A stretch of 64,000 bases of DNA from an uncultured Acidobacteriota bacterium (GTDB lineage Bacteria; Acidobacteriota; JAQAZP01). The notes under the pieces are model-generated. The model was not told where the DNA came from. It worked only from the letters and a program-made list of their open reading frames with translations, and ran no database searches. Numbering within the stretch: the stretch's first letter is position 1; each line of letters starts with the position of its first letter. Location: the NCBI GenBank assembly GCA_963836075.1, contig CAWIIB010000001.1, positions 1,952,001 through 2,016,000 of the forward strand, read 5' to 3'. The position numbers and the translations under genes are program-made. Shown here piece after piece: positions 1 to 9,378 of the stretch.

Positions 1-2
1 TC

Positions 3-1169
3 TTCTACCTCTATCACTACGGGACTCCCAGCCTGATCTCCCACTCCGGCGGAGTGGACTTCTTTCTCATCTCACCCATGCGCACCATCAGTTTTTTCGC
101 CGACCTCAACCAGGGGATGCTGCCCTATGTGCCGCTGCTCCTGCTGCTGGGGGTCGCCGGCGCCGTGACGGCCCTTGTCCGCCGCCACTGGGAATGTGTG
201 GGCCTCGCGGCGCTCACCGCCTGCATCATCCTTCTGATCCAGACCGCTCCGAACTGGAACAACGGCACGGCCGGGATGCTGCGCTACGCCATCTGGATAA
301 CCCCGCTGTTCGCCTGGCTGGCCGCCGAGCAGTTGACCATCAAGCGGCGGGCGCTGTGGGGCCTGCTGGTGGCCGGCCTGCTGCTCCAGGCGTTTCTGGT
401 CTTCAAGGCCGGAGAGGTGGACTACATCAAGACATCGCCCCTGGCCGCCTGGGCCCTGGACCGCTTCCCCGCGCTGGTGCACCCCGAACCGGAAATTTTC
501 ACCGAACGGCAGGTGGGACGGGACGGGGGCTGGCAGAAAAGGCTGCCGGTTGGTTTCATCGGCTCTGACGGCTCGATGATCAAACTGCTCGCCGGGGAAG
601 AGTCACTGCCCTGGCTGGCCCGGCGATTCGGTCTGGAGGAAGAACAGGTCCCGGGGATGGTCCACCGGCTGGGTCACCCCTTCCCCGACGTGCTCTACCT
701 CCACCCGCCGCGCGGACTGATCAAGGTGGTGGAGCCGGAGAGCTGGGGGAAGGAGGCCCTGGAGACAGGTCTCCACTGGGACCTGGTGGACCTGCCGGGC
801 GCCGTCCTGGATCCTGAAATCCGCTTCCGCATCGAAGTGACCAACAGCGCGCGCTACCGCTTCTGGGGTGAATCCTCCGGGGCCCGCTACCCGCTCACCT
901 GGATCTGCCGCATCTTCGAGGATTGTGAGGAACTCAGGTTTTTCCCGGTTCACGCCCCGCTGGACATCGCCCCCGGCGAAACCGTCCACCTGCCCGTGCG
1001 GGCCAGACTCCCCCGGCGTCCGGGTACCTTCGACATCGAATTGCAGGCGGCACTGAGAATGCTGGTCTGGGACGATCGGCTGATCAGATTCCGGGTGGAG
1101 GTGCTCGGTGTGGACGACAGAAGCTACCTGGCGCGGGTGGTCCGTGACGGGTCGCAGGATGCCCCTTGA
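3..1169 (+). CDS. Polytopic membrane protein with C-terminal Ig-like domain, GT-C/ArnT-like; 5' end lies outside the window
   Basis: Frame is open from position 3 (FYLYHYGTPSL...). Several TM segments (…GMLRYAIWITPLF…), then a soluble beta-rich tail (RIEVTNS…DIAPGETV…PRRPGTFDIEL). Confidence 0.55.
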   Translation, partial: FYLYHYGTPSLISHSGGVDFFLISPMRTISFFADLNQGMLPYVPLLLLLGVAGAVTALVRRHWECVGLAALTACIILLIQTAPNWNNGTAGMLRYAIWITPLFAWLAAEQLTIKRRALWGLLVAGLLLQAFLVFKAGEVDYIKTSPLAAWALDRFPALVHPEPEIFTERQVGRDGGWQKRLPVGFIGSDGSMIKLLAGEESLPWLARRFGLEEEQVPGMVHRLGHPFPDVLYLHPPRGLIKVVEPESWGKEALETGLHWDLVDLPGAVLDPEIRFRIEVTNSARYRFWGESSGARYPLTWICRIFEDCEELRFFPVHAPLDIAPGETVHLPVRARLPRRPGTFDIELQAALRMLVWDDRLIRFRVEVLGVDDRSYLARVVRDGSQDAP

Positions 1170-2203
1170 CGGTGATTGCTGTTTTCCGCCCCCGGCAGCT
1201 CCCGGGCCAGGCACCGGCTGGCCTTCATGGCGCCGGCGGCATTGAGATGGCCGTAGTCGTAGAAGTCGGCATCGGTCAGGCCCGGCCGCCCATCGTCCAG
1301 GTCGAGGAACGGGATCCCCTCCCGCAGGGCGATCCGCTGGACGTATTCGAGAAACCGGGCATATTCCTCCGGCCGGTACAGGGCGCGGCGATATACCGGA
1401 GTCACCGGCGGGTTGAACAGCGCCAGGTCGATGCCCCGGTTGCGGGTCAACCGGATGATCTCCTCCAGCCCCTCCGCCGCCGCCCCGCCGATCTCGTACT
1501 GCGGCATGAACATGCTGCGCCCCCTGGATCTCATCCCCTGGAGCAGGTCCAGCCGCTCCTCCGCCTCCATCCCCTCCAGGCTCTGCAGTTCCTCCGGGAG
1601 AGCGGGACCATAGTGCGCGCCCCTCAACCTCCGGATCGACGCCAGCTGCCCCTCCTGCCCGCCACGGAAGAGGACGCACCAGGAGCGGAGGTAAAGCGAG
1701 GTCATCCCCCGGAACAGGCCCTGCCCCGCCGCCAGCCACCGCGCAGCTGTGCGCAGCCGCGGGAGGGCACGGACCAGGTCCCCCGTTGACGCGTAGTGGC
1801 GCAGCACGTCAGGGAATCCGCCGTGGTTGGCATTGAGCATTCCCGGCGTGACCTCCAGCACCACCAACTCCGGGCCGCGGTTGCTCTCCAGCACGTCGCG
1901 CAGCACGATGGCCTGGGTCTCCGCGCTCACTCCGCGCTGGCCGAGACAGAAGGCGGTGGCCGGTTCCGCCTGCACCACGGCGGGAATCACCGCCCGGTTG
2001 ACCTTTGACGTACCGAGAAAGAGCACGTCCGGAACCAGACCGTCCCGCTGGTAGACGTAAATTTTCAGTGCCTGGTTGTTGATGAACGGCTGCCAGTAGC
2101 CAAGCCCCAGCCACCGGGCCGCGAACTGGGCCAGCAGCACCAGGCCGAGAAACCCGCCGCAGCGGAGCAGCCAGCGGATTGAAGAATGCCGGGCCATGTT
2201 CAC
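1124..2203 (-). CDS. SGNH-hydrolase-like periplasmic acyltransferase partner (AlgJ/DltD/DUF1574-like)
   Basis: N-terminal TM anchor, FLGTS (block I Ser), DYGHLN (DxxH); directly downstream of the MBOAT gene. Confidence 0.7.
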   Translation of the reverse strand: MNMARHSSIRWLLRCGGFLGLVLLAQFAARWLGLGYWQPFINNQALKIYVYQRDGLVPDVLFLGTSKVNRAVIPAVVQAEPATAFCLGQRGVSAETQAIVLRDVLESNRGPELVVLEVTPGMLNANHGGFPDVLRHYASTGDLVRALPRLRTAARWLAAGQGLFRGMTSLYLRSWCVLFRGGQEGQLASIRRLRGAHYGPALPEELQSLEGMEAEERLDLLQGMRSRGRSMFMPQYEIGGAAAEGLEEIIRLTRNRGIDLALFNPPVTPVYRRALYRPEEYARFLEYVQRIALREGIPFLDLDDGRPGLTDADFYDYGHLNAAGAMKASRCLARELPGAENSNHRQGASCDPSRTTRAR

Positions 2204-2206
2204 CCC

Positions 2207-3619
2207 TCAGAACTGGAAGTAGTAGTACGGATCGGCTGCTCCTCCCACGGTGACCAGCAGACCGATGACCAGGGCCGCCACAGCCCCCTGGACCGGCGGC
2301 GGCAGCTTGACGAACAGTTCTTCGGCCCCGTGCTTCCAGCGCTCGGGGGCGAACTGGAGCAGGACGGCCAGCAGCAGCAGGGGCAGGACATCGGGGCCCC
2401 ACCGCGGGCCGGCCATGGACTGCCAGGAAGCAGCGACCATCTGTCTCACCGTCCCCAGGTCGGGGGCGCGGAAGAAGAGCGCCGCCACCGCGGTGAGATT
2501 GAAGACCAGCAGGACCCGGGCCACGACGCCGGCAGCCGACACTTCTCCCCCGGCCCCTTTGAACAACAGTTTCCTGACCCTGGCCAGGCACATCAGAACA
2601 CCGTAGAAAAGCCCCCAGATGATGAAGGTCCAGCTGGCCCCGTGCCACAGCCCCACCAGGGCCATCACCAGCAGCAGGTTGACCTGCGTGCGCAGCTCGC
2701 CCTTGCGGGTTCCGCCCAGGGGAAAGAAGAGATAGTCGCGAAACCACGACCCGAGGGTGATGTGCCAGCGCTTCCAGTATTCGGCGATGCTTTGCGCCTT
2801 GTAGGGCGAACGGAAGTTTTCCGGAAGCTCGTAGCCCAGCAGGCGGCCGCAGCCCACAGCGATATCCGAATAGCCGGAGAAATCGTTGTATATCTGAAAC
2901 TTGAAGGCATAGACGGCCAGCAGGCCCCACACCGCGCCATACCCGGCCGGCCCGGCGAACACCGGGTCGACCAGGAGCCGGCCCAGCAGATCGGCGATGA
3001 AAACCTTCTTGGTCAACCCCTTCAGCACGAGGTAGAGCCCTGACCCGGTGCGCCGCTCCGAGGCTGCGGGCCGCCGGTCCAGCTGGGGCAGGAACTGCCG
3101 CGCCCGAACGATGGGGCCGGCCACCAGCTGGGGAAAGAAGGTCACGAAGAGGGCGAAATCGATGAAACTGCGCCGCGGTTCCAGCCGGCCGCGGTAGATG
3201 TCGATGGTGTAGCTCATCGACTGGAAGGTGTAGAAGGAGATCCCCACCGGCAACAGCAGGTCGAGCATGGGCAACGATGGATGGAGCCCCACCGCTTCCA
3301 GCAGGGCGGCCAGGTTATTGACGAAGAACCCGTAGTATTTGAAAACGCCAAGCAGGCCGAGGTTGGCGGTGATACTCAGCGCCAGCAGCAGTTTGCGCCG
3401 CCGGCTGTCGGCCGAGCGGTGGATGGCCGCCCCGAGGACATAGTCCAGCAGGGTGGAGAAGAGGATCAGCCCGAGGTAGCGCACGTTCCAGGCGGCGTAG
3501 AAGACGCAGGACGCCGCCAGCAGCATCAGGTGCCGGGCCTGGCGGTGCCGGGCGAGGATGGCGGAGAACAGCAGCACCAGGATTAGAAAAACGCCGAACT
3601 GTGCCGAGTGGAATAGCAT
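2207..3619 (-). CDS. MBOAT family O-acyltransferase (AlgI/DltB-like)
   Basis: Motifs LPVGISFYTFQ, FFPQLVAGPIVR, DFSGYSD, WKRWHITL, GLWHGA and C-terminal YYYFQF. Confidence 0.93.
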   Translation of the reverse strand: MLFHSAQFGVFLILVLLFSAILARHRQARHLMLLAASCVFYAAWNVRYLGLILFSTLLDYVLGAAIHRSADSRRRKLLLALSITANLGLLGVFKYYGFFVNNLAALLEAVGLHPSLPMLDLLLPVGISFYTFQSMSYTIDIYRGRLEPRRSFIDFALFVTFFPQLVAGPIVRARQFLPQLDRRPAASERRTGSGLYLVLKGLTKKVFIADLLGRLLVDPVFAGPAGYGAVWGLLAVYAFKFQIYNDFSGYSDIAVGCGRLLGYELPENFRSPYKAQSIAEYWKRWHITLGSWFRDYLFFPLGGTRKGELRTQVNLLLVMALVGLWHGASWTFIIWGLFYGVLMCLARVRKLLFKGAGGEVSAAGVVARVLLVFNLTAVAALFFRAPDLGTVRQMVAASWQSMAGPRWGPDVLPLLLLAVLLQFAPERWKHGAEELFVKLPPPVQGAVAALVIGLLVTVGGAADPYYYFQF

Positions 3620-3684
3620 GCCCCTACCATGAAGATTCCAGGGTGCGGGCAGTATACAGCACTGCGGAACAGCACCGGCGGGAC

Positions 3685-5080
3685 CTACTGGTCCCTGGCC
3701 AGCGCCTCGCGTTTCTTGCGGGTTATGGTCTGCAGCAACTGGTATTCGTCGCGGATTTGGCGGGCCTTGCCCAGTCCCTCCATGATCTGGTCGGCGGAGA
3801 AGTTCTCCAGCTCGCAGACCGGCAGGTCACCGGAAGCGAAGTCCTCCCAGTTGTCGGTGAGCATGCGCAGCCCCAACTTTTCCCGATTCTCGTAGATATG
3901 GGTGCCGGGGTAGGGATAGAAGATGGAGATGTCGATGCCGTCGTGGAGGTCCTGCTCCCAGAGGGTGCGCATGGCCTTGAGTGAGATGTCGAACTCGGCC
4001 GGATCTTCGCCGGGATGGCCGATGATCCAGAGGGTGTGGACGCCGAAACCATAGTCCTTGGCCATGCGGCAGGCCTCCAGGGCCTTGTCCCAGGAAGTGC
4101 GCTTGTTCATCATCTCCAGCACCTTTGGCGAAGCGCTCTCGATACCGAAGGAGACTGAGCGGATCTTGCCCGTGCTGCGCAACGACTCGAACAGCCCGGG
4201 GGAGACGTGGTCGGTGCGCAGGTGCACGTAGGTCTCGAGGTTCAACTCCAAGTCACGGAGGCCGGCGCAGATGTCGGTGCAATACTGCTTGCGGGAGTTG
4301 AACAGGCTGTCCTGGAAGGCCACCACCTGGTCCTGGTAGTTCTCGGAGATGAAGCGTAGTTCGGCCATGATGTCTTCCACCCGCCGGCCGCGGGTTTTCC
4401 GGCCCCAGAAGACCCCCTCGGCGCAGAAGTGGCAGTTGAAGGGACAGCCGCGGGTAAAAACCATGGGGATCCACGAGCGGTTGACGAAGTCGTGGGGCAG
4501 CATGGTGTAGTCGGGCACCGGCAGTTCGCTGAGGTCGCCGAAGGACCGTGTGCGGGTTCTGCACCGCCTGGCCGTCGGCGCCGCGCCAGGTGATGCCGGC
4601 AATACCGGAGAAGTCTCGCGAACTGTCGAGCGTGGACATCACTTCGCTCATCGTCCACTCGCCCTCCTTGCGCACCACCATGTCCAGCGCCGCCCCCTCC
4701 TCGAGGCTCTGCCGGTCGTAAAAGCTGACGTGGGGCCCGCCCACCACGGTGACCACCTCGGGATCCACGCTCTTCACGTGGGCCATCACCTCCAGCGCCA
4801 TGGGGTATTCCGCGGAAAAGACCGTGGCCCCCACCAGCTGGGGCTGGTACTGCTCCATCAGCGCCGTCACCGCCTTTTTCACCGCTTTCATCAGCACCGT
4901 CCGGTGCGGCGCCAGCGGGATGCCGTACTCCTCGAGCACGGTGAAGTCCAGCGGCACGACCTCGCACTGGTGGCCCTGCCGCCTGAGGTGGGTGGCGATG
5001 GAGAGCGGTCCCTGGGGGATGCAGAAGCGCCCCCGCTGGACGCCGAAGAGCGGCATTTGCAGTAGTAAGGCCCTGGCCAA
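3685..5080 (-). pseudogene. Cobalamin-binding radical SAM enzyme, split by a +1 frameshift near 4552 (possibly an assembly error)
   Basis: N-half (ORF 4253..5119) has the B12-binding VVGGPHVS…VVRKEGE; C-half (ORF 3685..4602) has TRGCPFNCHFC and GIESAS. Removing one base at about 4552 gives …QNP-TRSFGDLSELPVPDY. Start inferred at TTG 5080, 7 nt after GGAGG. Confidence 0.85.
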
Positions 5081-5223
5081 GACATGTCCTCCCGGTGTGA
5101 AGCGAAAACACCCCGGCAAACCGATCAGCCGGGGTGAAGAATCAATATTATATCACGGAGACGGGCAGCCACCAGATGTCACTTTTTGGGGTCAGGCACC
5201 GAAAGTGGACAAATTTCGCATAG

Positions 5224-5571
5224 TTATCGGTTTCGCGATGGCAAGATACCTTGAGCGATGCGGACAAAGAGAACCGCGGCAAAACCCCAGGCAAAAGGCA
5301 GCCAGAGTGGGATATTGAAAAAGCTGGGTGCTGCATAGGTCCAGATTCCCAACCTGGTGGCAATAATCTCGGTGAAGGGCCCCAGAACAGCTCCCACCAG
5401 GTATACGGCAAAATCCCCCTTCTCCCTCCAGAAACAGGACCTGACCAGAAACAGGCCCACAACAGCAACGGCGGCCAGCAGATTGTTCCGCCAGAAGAGC
5501 ACCAGCAACAGGATGGCCAGGCCAAAGATCAGAACGTCCCTGAATGCGCCAACATACTGTTTTTTCATCAT
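5224..5571 (-). CDS. Small multi-TM membrane protein (DUF2878-like)
   Basis: GPFTEIIATRLGIWTYAAP…IPLWLPFAWG pattern; locally lower GC; start inferred at MMKKQ. Confidence 0.55.
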   Translation of the reverse strand: MMKKQYVGAFRDVLIFGLAILLLVLFWRNNLLAAVAVVGLFLVRSCFWREKGDFAVYLVGAVLGPFTEIIATRLGIWTYAAPSFFNIPLWLPFAWGFAAVLFVRIAQGILPSRNR

Positions 5572-5681
5572 TTTCAAAGCATAGGGAATTCCAGTTTCGG
5601 CGTCAAGATCTGCCCGGCTTGATGCCGGTCTGGACTGTGCCGATAAGAACATGGGTAATTGTAATAAACAGGAGCAGTTAG

Positions 5682-7475
5682 ATGCCGGACAGAATCGGCC
5701 GCTACGACATCATGGAGACACTCGGCGAGGGAACGACGGGTGTCGTGTACAAGGCCAGGGATTCAAAATTCAACCGCATCGTCGCTTTGAAAGCGCTCAG
5801 CATCGGCGGGGAAATTCCTGAAAAGGAACGGGTTGAATTTTTACAGCGCTTCTCCGTCGAGGCACACGCCGCCGGCAACCTCCCGCACCCGAACATCGTC
5901 ACGATCTATGACACCGACGTCGATTCCCGCCGGCAGGTTCCGTTTATCACCATGGAATACGTGGAGGGCCGGTCCCTGGAGGACCTGCTGCAGGAGGATG
6001 GATCGTTTTCGGCGAACAAGGCCCTGGACATCACCATCCAGGTGGCCGAAGGACTGGGTTTCGCGCACAAGAGAGAGATCGTGCACCGTGACATCAAACC
6101 GGCAAACATCCTGCTGGACGGCAACGGCACGGTGAAAATCACCGACTTCGGCATCGCCAGGGTCTCCACCTCCACGCTCACCACGTCGGGGCAGTTCCTC
6201 GGCACACCGACCTACATGTCTCCCGAACAGGTTTTCGGGGATCAGGTTGACGGCCGCAGCGACCTCTTCTCTCTCGCTATCGTCCTCTACCAGATGATCA
6301 CCGGCGAGCTACCATTTCCGGGCAACAACATCACCACAATCGCCTACAAGATCGTGAACACCACCCCCCCTCCCCCGACGCACATCAACTACTGTCTCGC
6401 GGACGGGTTCGATGCCCTCCTGTCCAGAGGCATGGCCAAAAAGCCGGCCGAGCGGTTCCAGACGGCCAACCAGATGATCGCCGAGCTGAAACGGCTGCAC
6501 CAGGTGAACGTCCCGGCGGACGCTCCGGTGCGGCCGCCTGAAGGTCGTGATGGCTCATCCGGGAAAAGCACCCAGGTCGCGTCCCCGGCGCCCCTTCCCG
6601 CCACGAAAAAGACCGTGAGCATCCGGGAGCCACTCCTGCCGGTGAAGCCACCGTCGGCGACCCGCCCAAAAGATCTGATGCCGCACGTTTTCGACAAGCG
6701 GAGCGTGAGGAACGTGCTGCTCGGTATGGCGACAGGTATGGCTGCACTGCTCCTCTTTATTTTCACCTCCCCGCTGCTGACCACCAGCATCAACGAACCC
6801 CCGCTCCCGCCGCCGCGCATTCCGCAGCCGCAGATCGTAAAAAAATACGACATGGCCATGCTGGCGGCGTACTCCTCACCGGCGGAGTGGCCCACGGATC
6901 CTTCCGTGGAAAACGCCTTTCTGAAGTTCCTGGAAGGGGACGAGCCACCGGGACGGAACAGCACAGCGAGCAAGGCCCCGCAGGAAACCAACGAGATCGA
7001 GGGAGCACAGCGGGCCTCGGAGAACAACCGGGACGGAATGGCCGAGACCCGGCATGCCGGGGACGTGCTCCACAGTGGGCTTGATTCGATTGAGTATCCG
7101 GAGGCTGATCCGGCCGGGATGCTCAACCTGGTTTTCCGCCACCCCTATGAATCGGGGCGGCTGCTCCTCTATGCCGACAACCAGCTGGTCTACGAGAGTT
7201 CGCTGGGCCAGTCGGATGAGGAGGACAGCGCCTTCAGTAAAAAAATGAAAACTTTCGGCAGAAAGTTGAAGCTGGCCCGGCACAAGGCTGCCGGGATCAG
7301 AATTCCGGTGGGCAGCTACACCATCGAAGTGGAAGTGGTGCGGCCCGATGGATCGGTGTTGCCCCGGGCCGGCCTGGCCGCTGAGTTCGAGAGCGAGCAG
7401 GAGAGGAACCTCTCCATTTTGTGCAGCCGCAGGAAATCGAAGCAGCTTCAACTGGAGTGGGAGCGCACGGAATAA
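5682..7475 (+). CDS. Membrane-anchored Hanks-type Ser/Thr protein kinase
   Basis: LGEGTTGVVY, VALK, HRDIKPAN, DFG, GTPTYMSPE; Pro-rich linker, one TM helix, C-terminal beta domain; AGGAG RBS. Confidence 0.93.
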   Translation: MPDRIGRYDIMETLGEGTTGVVYKARDSKFNRIVALKALSIGGEIPEKERVEFLQRFSVEAHAAGNLPHPNIVTIYDTDVDSRRQVPFITMEYVEGRSLEDLLQEDGSFSANKALDITIQVAEGLGFAHKREIVHRDIKPANILLDGNGTVKITDFGIARVSTSTLTTSGQFLGTPTYMSPEQVFGDQVDGRSDLFSLAIVLYQMITGELPFPGNNITTIAYKIVNTTPPPPTHINYCLADGFDALLSRGMAKKPAERFQTANQMIAELKRLHQVNVPADAPVRPPEGRDGSSGKSTQVASPAPLPATKKTVSIREPLLPVKPPSATRPKDLMPHVFDKRSVRNVLLGMATGMAALLLFIFTSPLLTTSINEPPLPPPRIPQPQIVKKYDMAMLAAYSSPAEWPTDPSVENAFLKFLEGDEPPGRNSTASKAPQETNEIEGAQRASENNRDGMAETRHAGDVLHSGLDSIEYPEADPAGMLNLVFRHPYESGRLLLYADNQLVYESSLGQSDEEDSAFSKKMKTFGRKLKLARHKAAGIRIPVGSYTIEVEVVRPDGSVLPRAGLAAEFESEQERNLSILCSRRKSKQLQLEWERTE

Positions 7476-7486
7476 CGGGTCTGCGC

Positions 7487-8065
7487 CTATCCACTCCCGG
7501 CATCCGCCAGGCAGGCCTTCGCTTTCCCGATCCAGCTGGTCAGCCGCTCATCCGGCCCCCGGTCCAGTTCCTTCTCCCAGGTTTCGATGGCCCGGGCATA
7601 GTCACCCTTTTTGAAGTAGACGAGGCCCAGATTGAAGCGGACGTCGGACAGGTTGAGGGCAATTCTCGTCTTCCTGTCCGGGTCTGAACCGGAGCCGGGT
7701 TGACCGGGCATCCGTCCCGCTGCGGCTCCCGGCCGTGAACCGTCGCCATCATCGCCGGAGAGAAACTTCAGTATGGTTTTTCCGGCTTTGATCAGGTCAC
7801 CGGAGTTGAGGAGCACGGCACCGGTAATCCGTTCACCGTTGAGAAACGTTCCGTTGGTGCTGCCGATATCTTCCACGTAAAAGCTCCCCGCGCGGACAAG
7901 GACCCTCAGGTGCCTTCCCGACACCTGCTCGTCATCGGTCAGGACGATGTCATTGGACTGTTCCCGGCCCAGATACTGCGTCGTTTTCCGGAGATCATGC
8001 TCCCGGATATCGTCCCCGCTCCTGAGAACCAGTCGTGCACCGGGGGTTGCCGTGGACCCGTTCAT
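7487..8065 (-). CDS. FHA-domain protein with C-terminal TPR
   Basis: LGR…VSGRH…DIGSTNGT…LNSGDLI (FHA); FNLGLVYFKKGDYARAIETWEK (TPR). Confidence 0.88.
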   Translation of the reverse strand: MNGSTATPGARLVLRSGDDIREHDLRKTTQYLGREQSNDIVLTDDEQVSGRHLRVLVRAGSFYVEDIGSTNGTFLNGERITGAVLLNSGDLIKAGKTILKFLSGDDGDGSRPGAAAGRMPGQPGSGSDPDRKTRIALNLSDVRFNLGLVYFKKGDYARAIETWEKELDRGPDERLTSWIGKAKACLADAGSG

Positions 8066-8084
8066 ACTTTCCTCCGTCGCGCAC

Positions 8085-9080
8085 TCAAGCTTCCGCCGAA
8101 TTCATGGGCAGAAACATTCGAAAACTCGCCCCCTGCCCCAGGCTCGAAGCTGCGAGGATGTTACCACCCCAGTTTTTGACGATGGTCCTGGATATGGACA
8201 GGCCCAGGCCCGTGCCTACATCTGCTGCCTTGGTGGTGAAGAAGGCCTGGAAAATCTGCGGCATCAGATCAGGGGGAATCCCCGGCCCGCTGTCCCTGAC
8301 TTCGACGTAGGCGAACTGACTTGATTCGGCACCAGGTTCCAGATCTACGGCCAGGGCACACAACAGTCCGAAACGGCTATCCATCTCCATCGCCTGCTCG
8401 ATGGTTCCGCTTCCCGTGGTCAGGGTCACGTATCCCCCGCCCTTCACCGCCTCCTGGGCATTGAGCAGCAGGTTCATCAACACCTGTTCCACCTGGCTCG
8501 CGTCGGCATGGACCACTGGGACATCCTGGCCCAGCGCCAGGCGTACGTCGAGAACCTTCAATACCGGCTCCATGAAATCGAGCAGCCTGATCAGAACCGA
8601 ATTGAGATCCACACTGGAGGTAACCTTCTGCTGTCGCCGGGAGAATTGCAGAACATTCGTCGTCAGCCCTTTCAGGCGGTCGAGGGCGGCCACGATCGCG
8701 TCCAGGTTCCCGGCATTGAAACCCTCCCCCAGGTTCATCAGCCGTTCAACGTGAATACCGATCACATGAAGGGGATTGTTGATCTCGTGCACGATGGCCG
8801 ACGCCATCTCGCCCATGGCGGCCATCCGTTCGGAGCGGACCACCATCTGCTGCGCTTCGGAAAGCTCCTCGTAAGCGCCGTTCAGTTCTTCCAGCCGGTC
8901 CTCGAGTTCCAGGTTTTTGGCCTTCAGTTCCTGGTAGGCAACCACTCGTTCATGGTCCACAGCCACGAGCAGTTCCTCTGTCTCGCGGTAGATGGTTTCC
9001 AGTTCGTTGAGCAGCTGGTCGTTGGCCTGCTGCAGCTCCTCGACCCTGGTCTCTGGATTTTCTTTTTCAGAATAACTCAT
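8085..9080 (-). CDS. Cytoplasmic histidine kinase (coiled-coil N-terminus, HisKA + HATPase)
   Basis: HEINNPL H-box, QVLMNLLLNA N-box, DSGPGI, FFTTK, GTGLGL. Start inferred at MSYSEK. Confidence 0.9.
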   Translation of the reverse strand: MSYSEKENPETRVEELQQANDQLLNELETIYRETEELLVAVDHERVVAYQELKAKNLELEDRLEELNGAYEELSEAQQMVVRSERMAAMGEMASAIVHEINNPLHVIGIHVERLMNLGEGFNAGNLDAIVAALDRLKGLTTNVLQFSRRQQKVTSSVDLNSVLIRLLDFMEPVLKVLDVRLALGQDVPVVHADASQVEQVLMNLLLNAQEAVKGGGYVTLTTGSGTIEQAMEMDSRFGLLCALAVDLEPGAESSQFAYVEVRDSGPGIPPDLMPQIFQAFFTTKAADVGTGLGLSISRTIVKNWGGNILAASSLGQGASFRMFLPMNSAEA

Positions 9081-9208
9081 GATATCGATCGAACCACCCC
9101 GGTTCCGGCCGCAAAGTGAGCACGTTGAACTGGATATCCATATTCCATGTCGACGATTCAATGGCCGGACTTTAGAGGATGGTTGTGCTCGCAGTGACAG
9201 CAGGCTAC

Positions 9209-9262
9209 TTCAGCACCAGGAAGGGCCCGATGGCCAGGGCGTCCATGCCGGTGCCGAAGAAG
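9209..9262 (+). repeat. 54-bp direct repeat, copy 1: orphan copy of the carbamoyltransferase 3' end
   Basis: TTCAGCACCAGGAAGGGCCCGATGGCCAGGGCGTCCATGCCGGTGCCGAAGAAG is identical to 11760..11813. Confidence 0.95.
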
Positions 9263-9378
9263 ATGAACTCCAGCGACAGCCGGGATGACGAATTCTATCG
9301 AGCAGAACCGGCTCTTTTCATGTACAATATAGCTTCCATCGCCATATGGGCAAGGTCTTCCAGGGGGAGGGGATTCCG

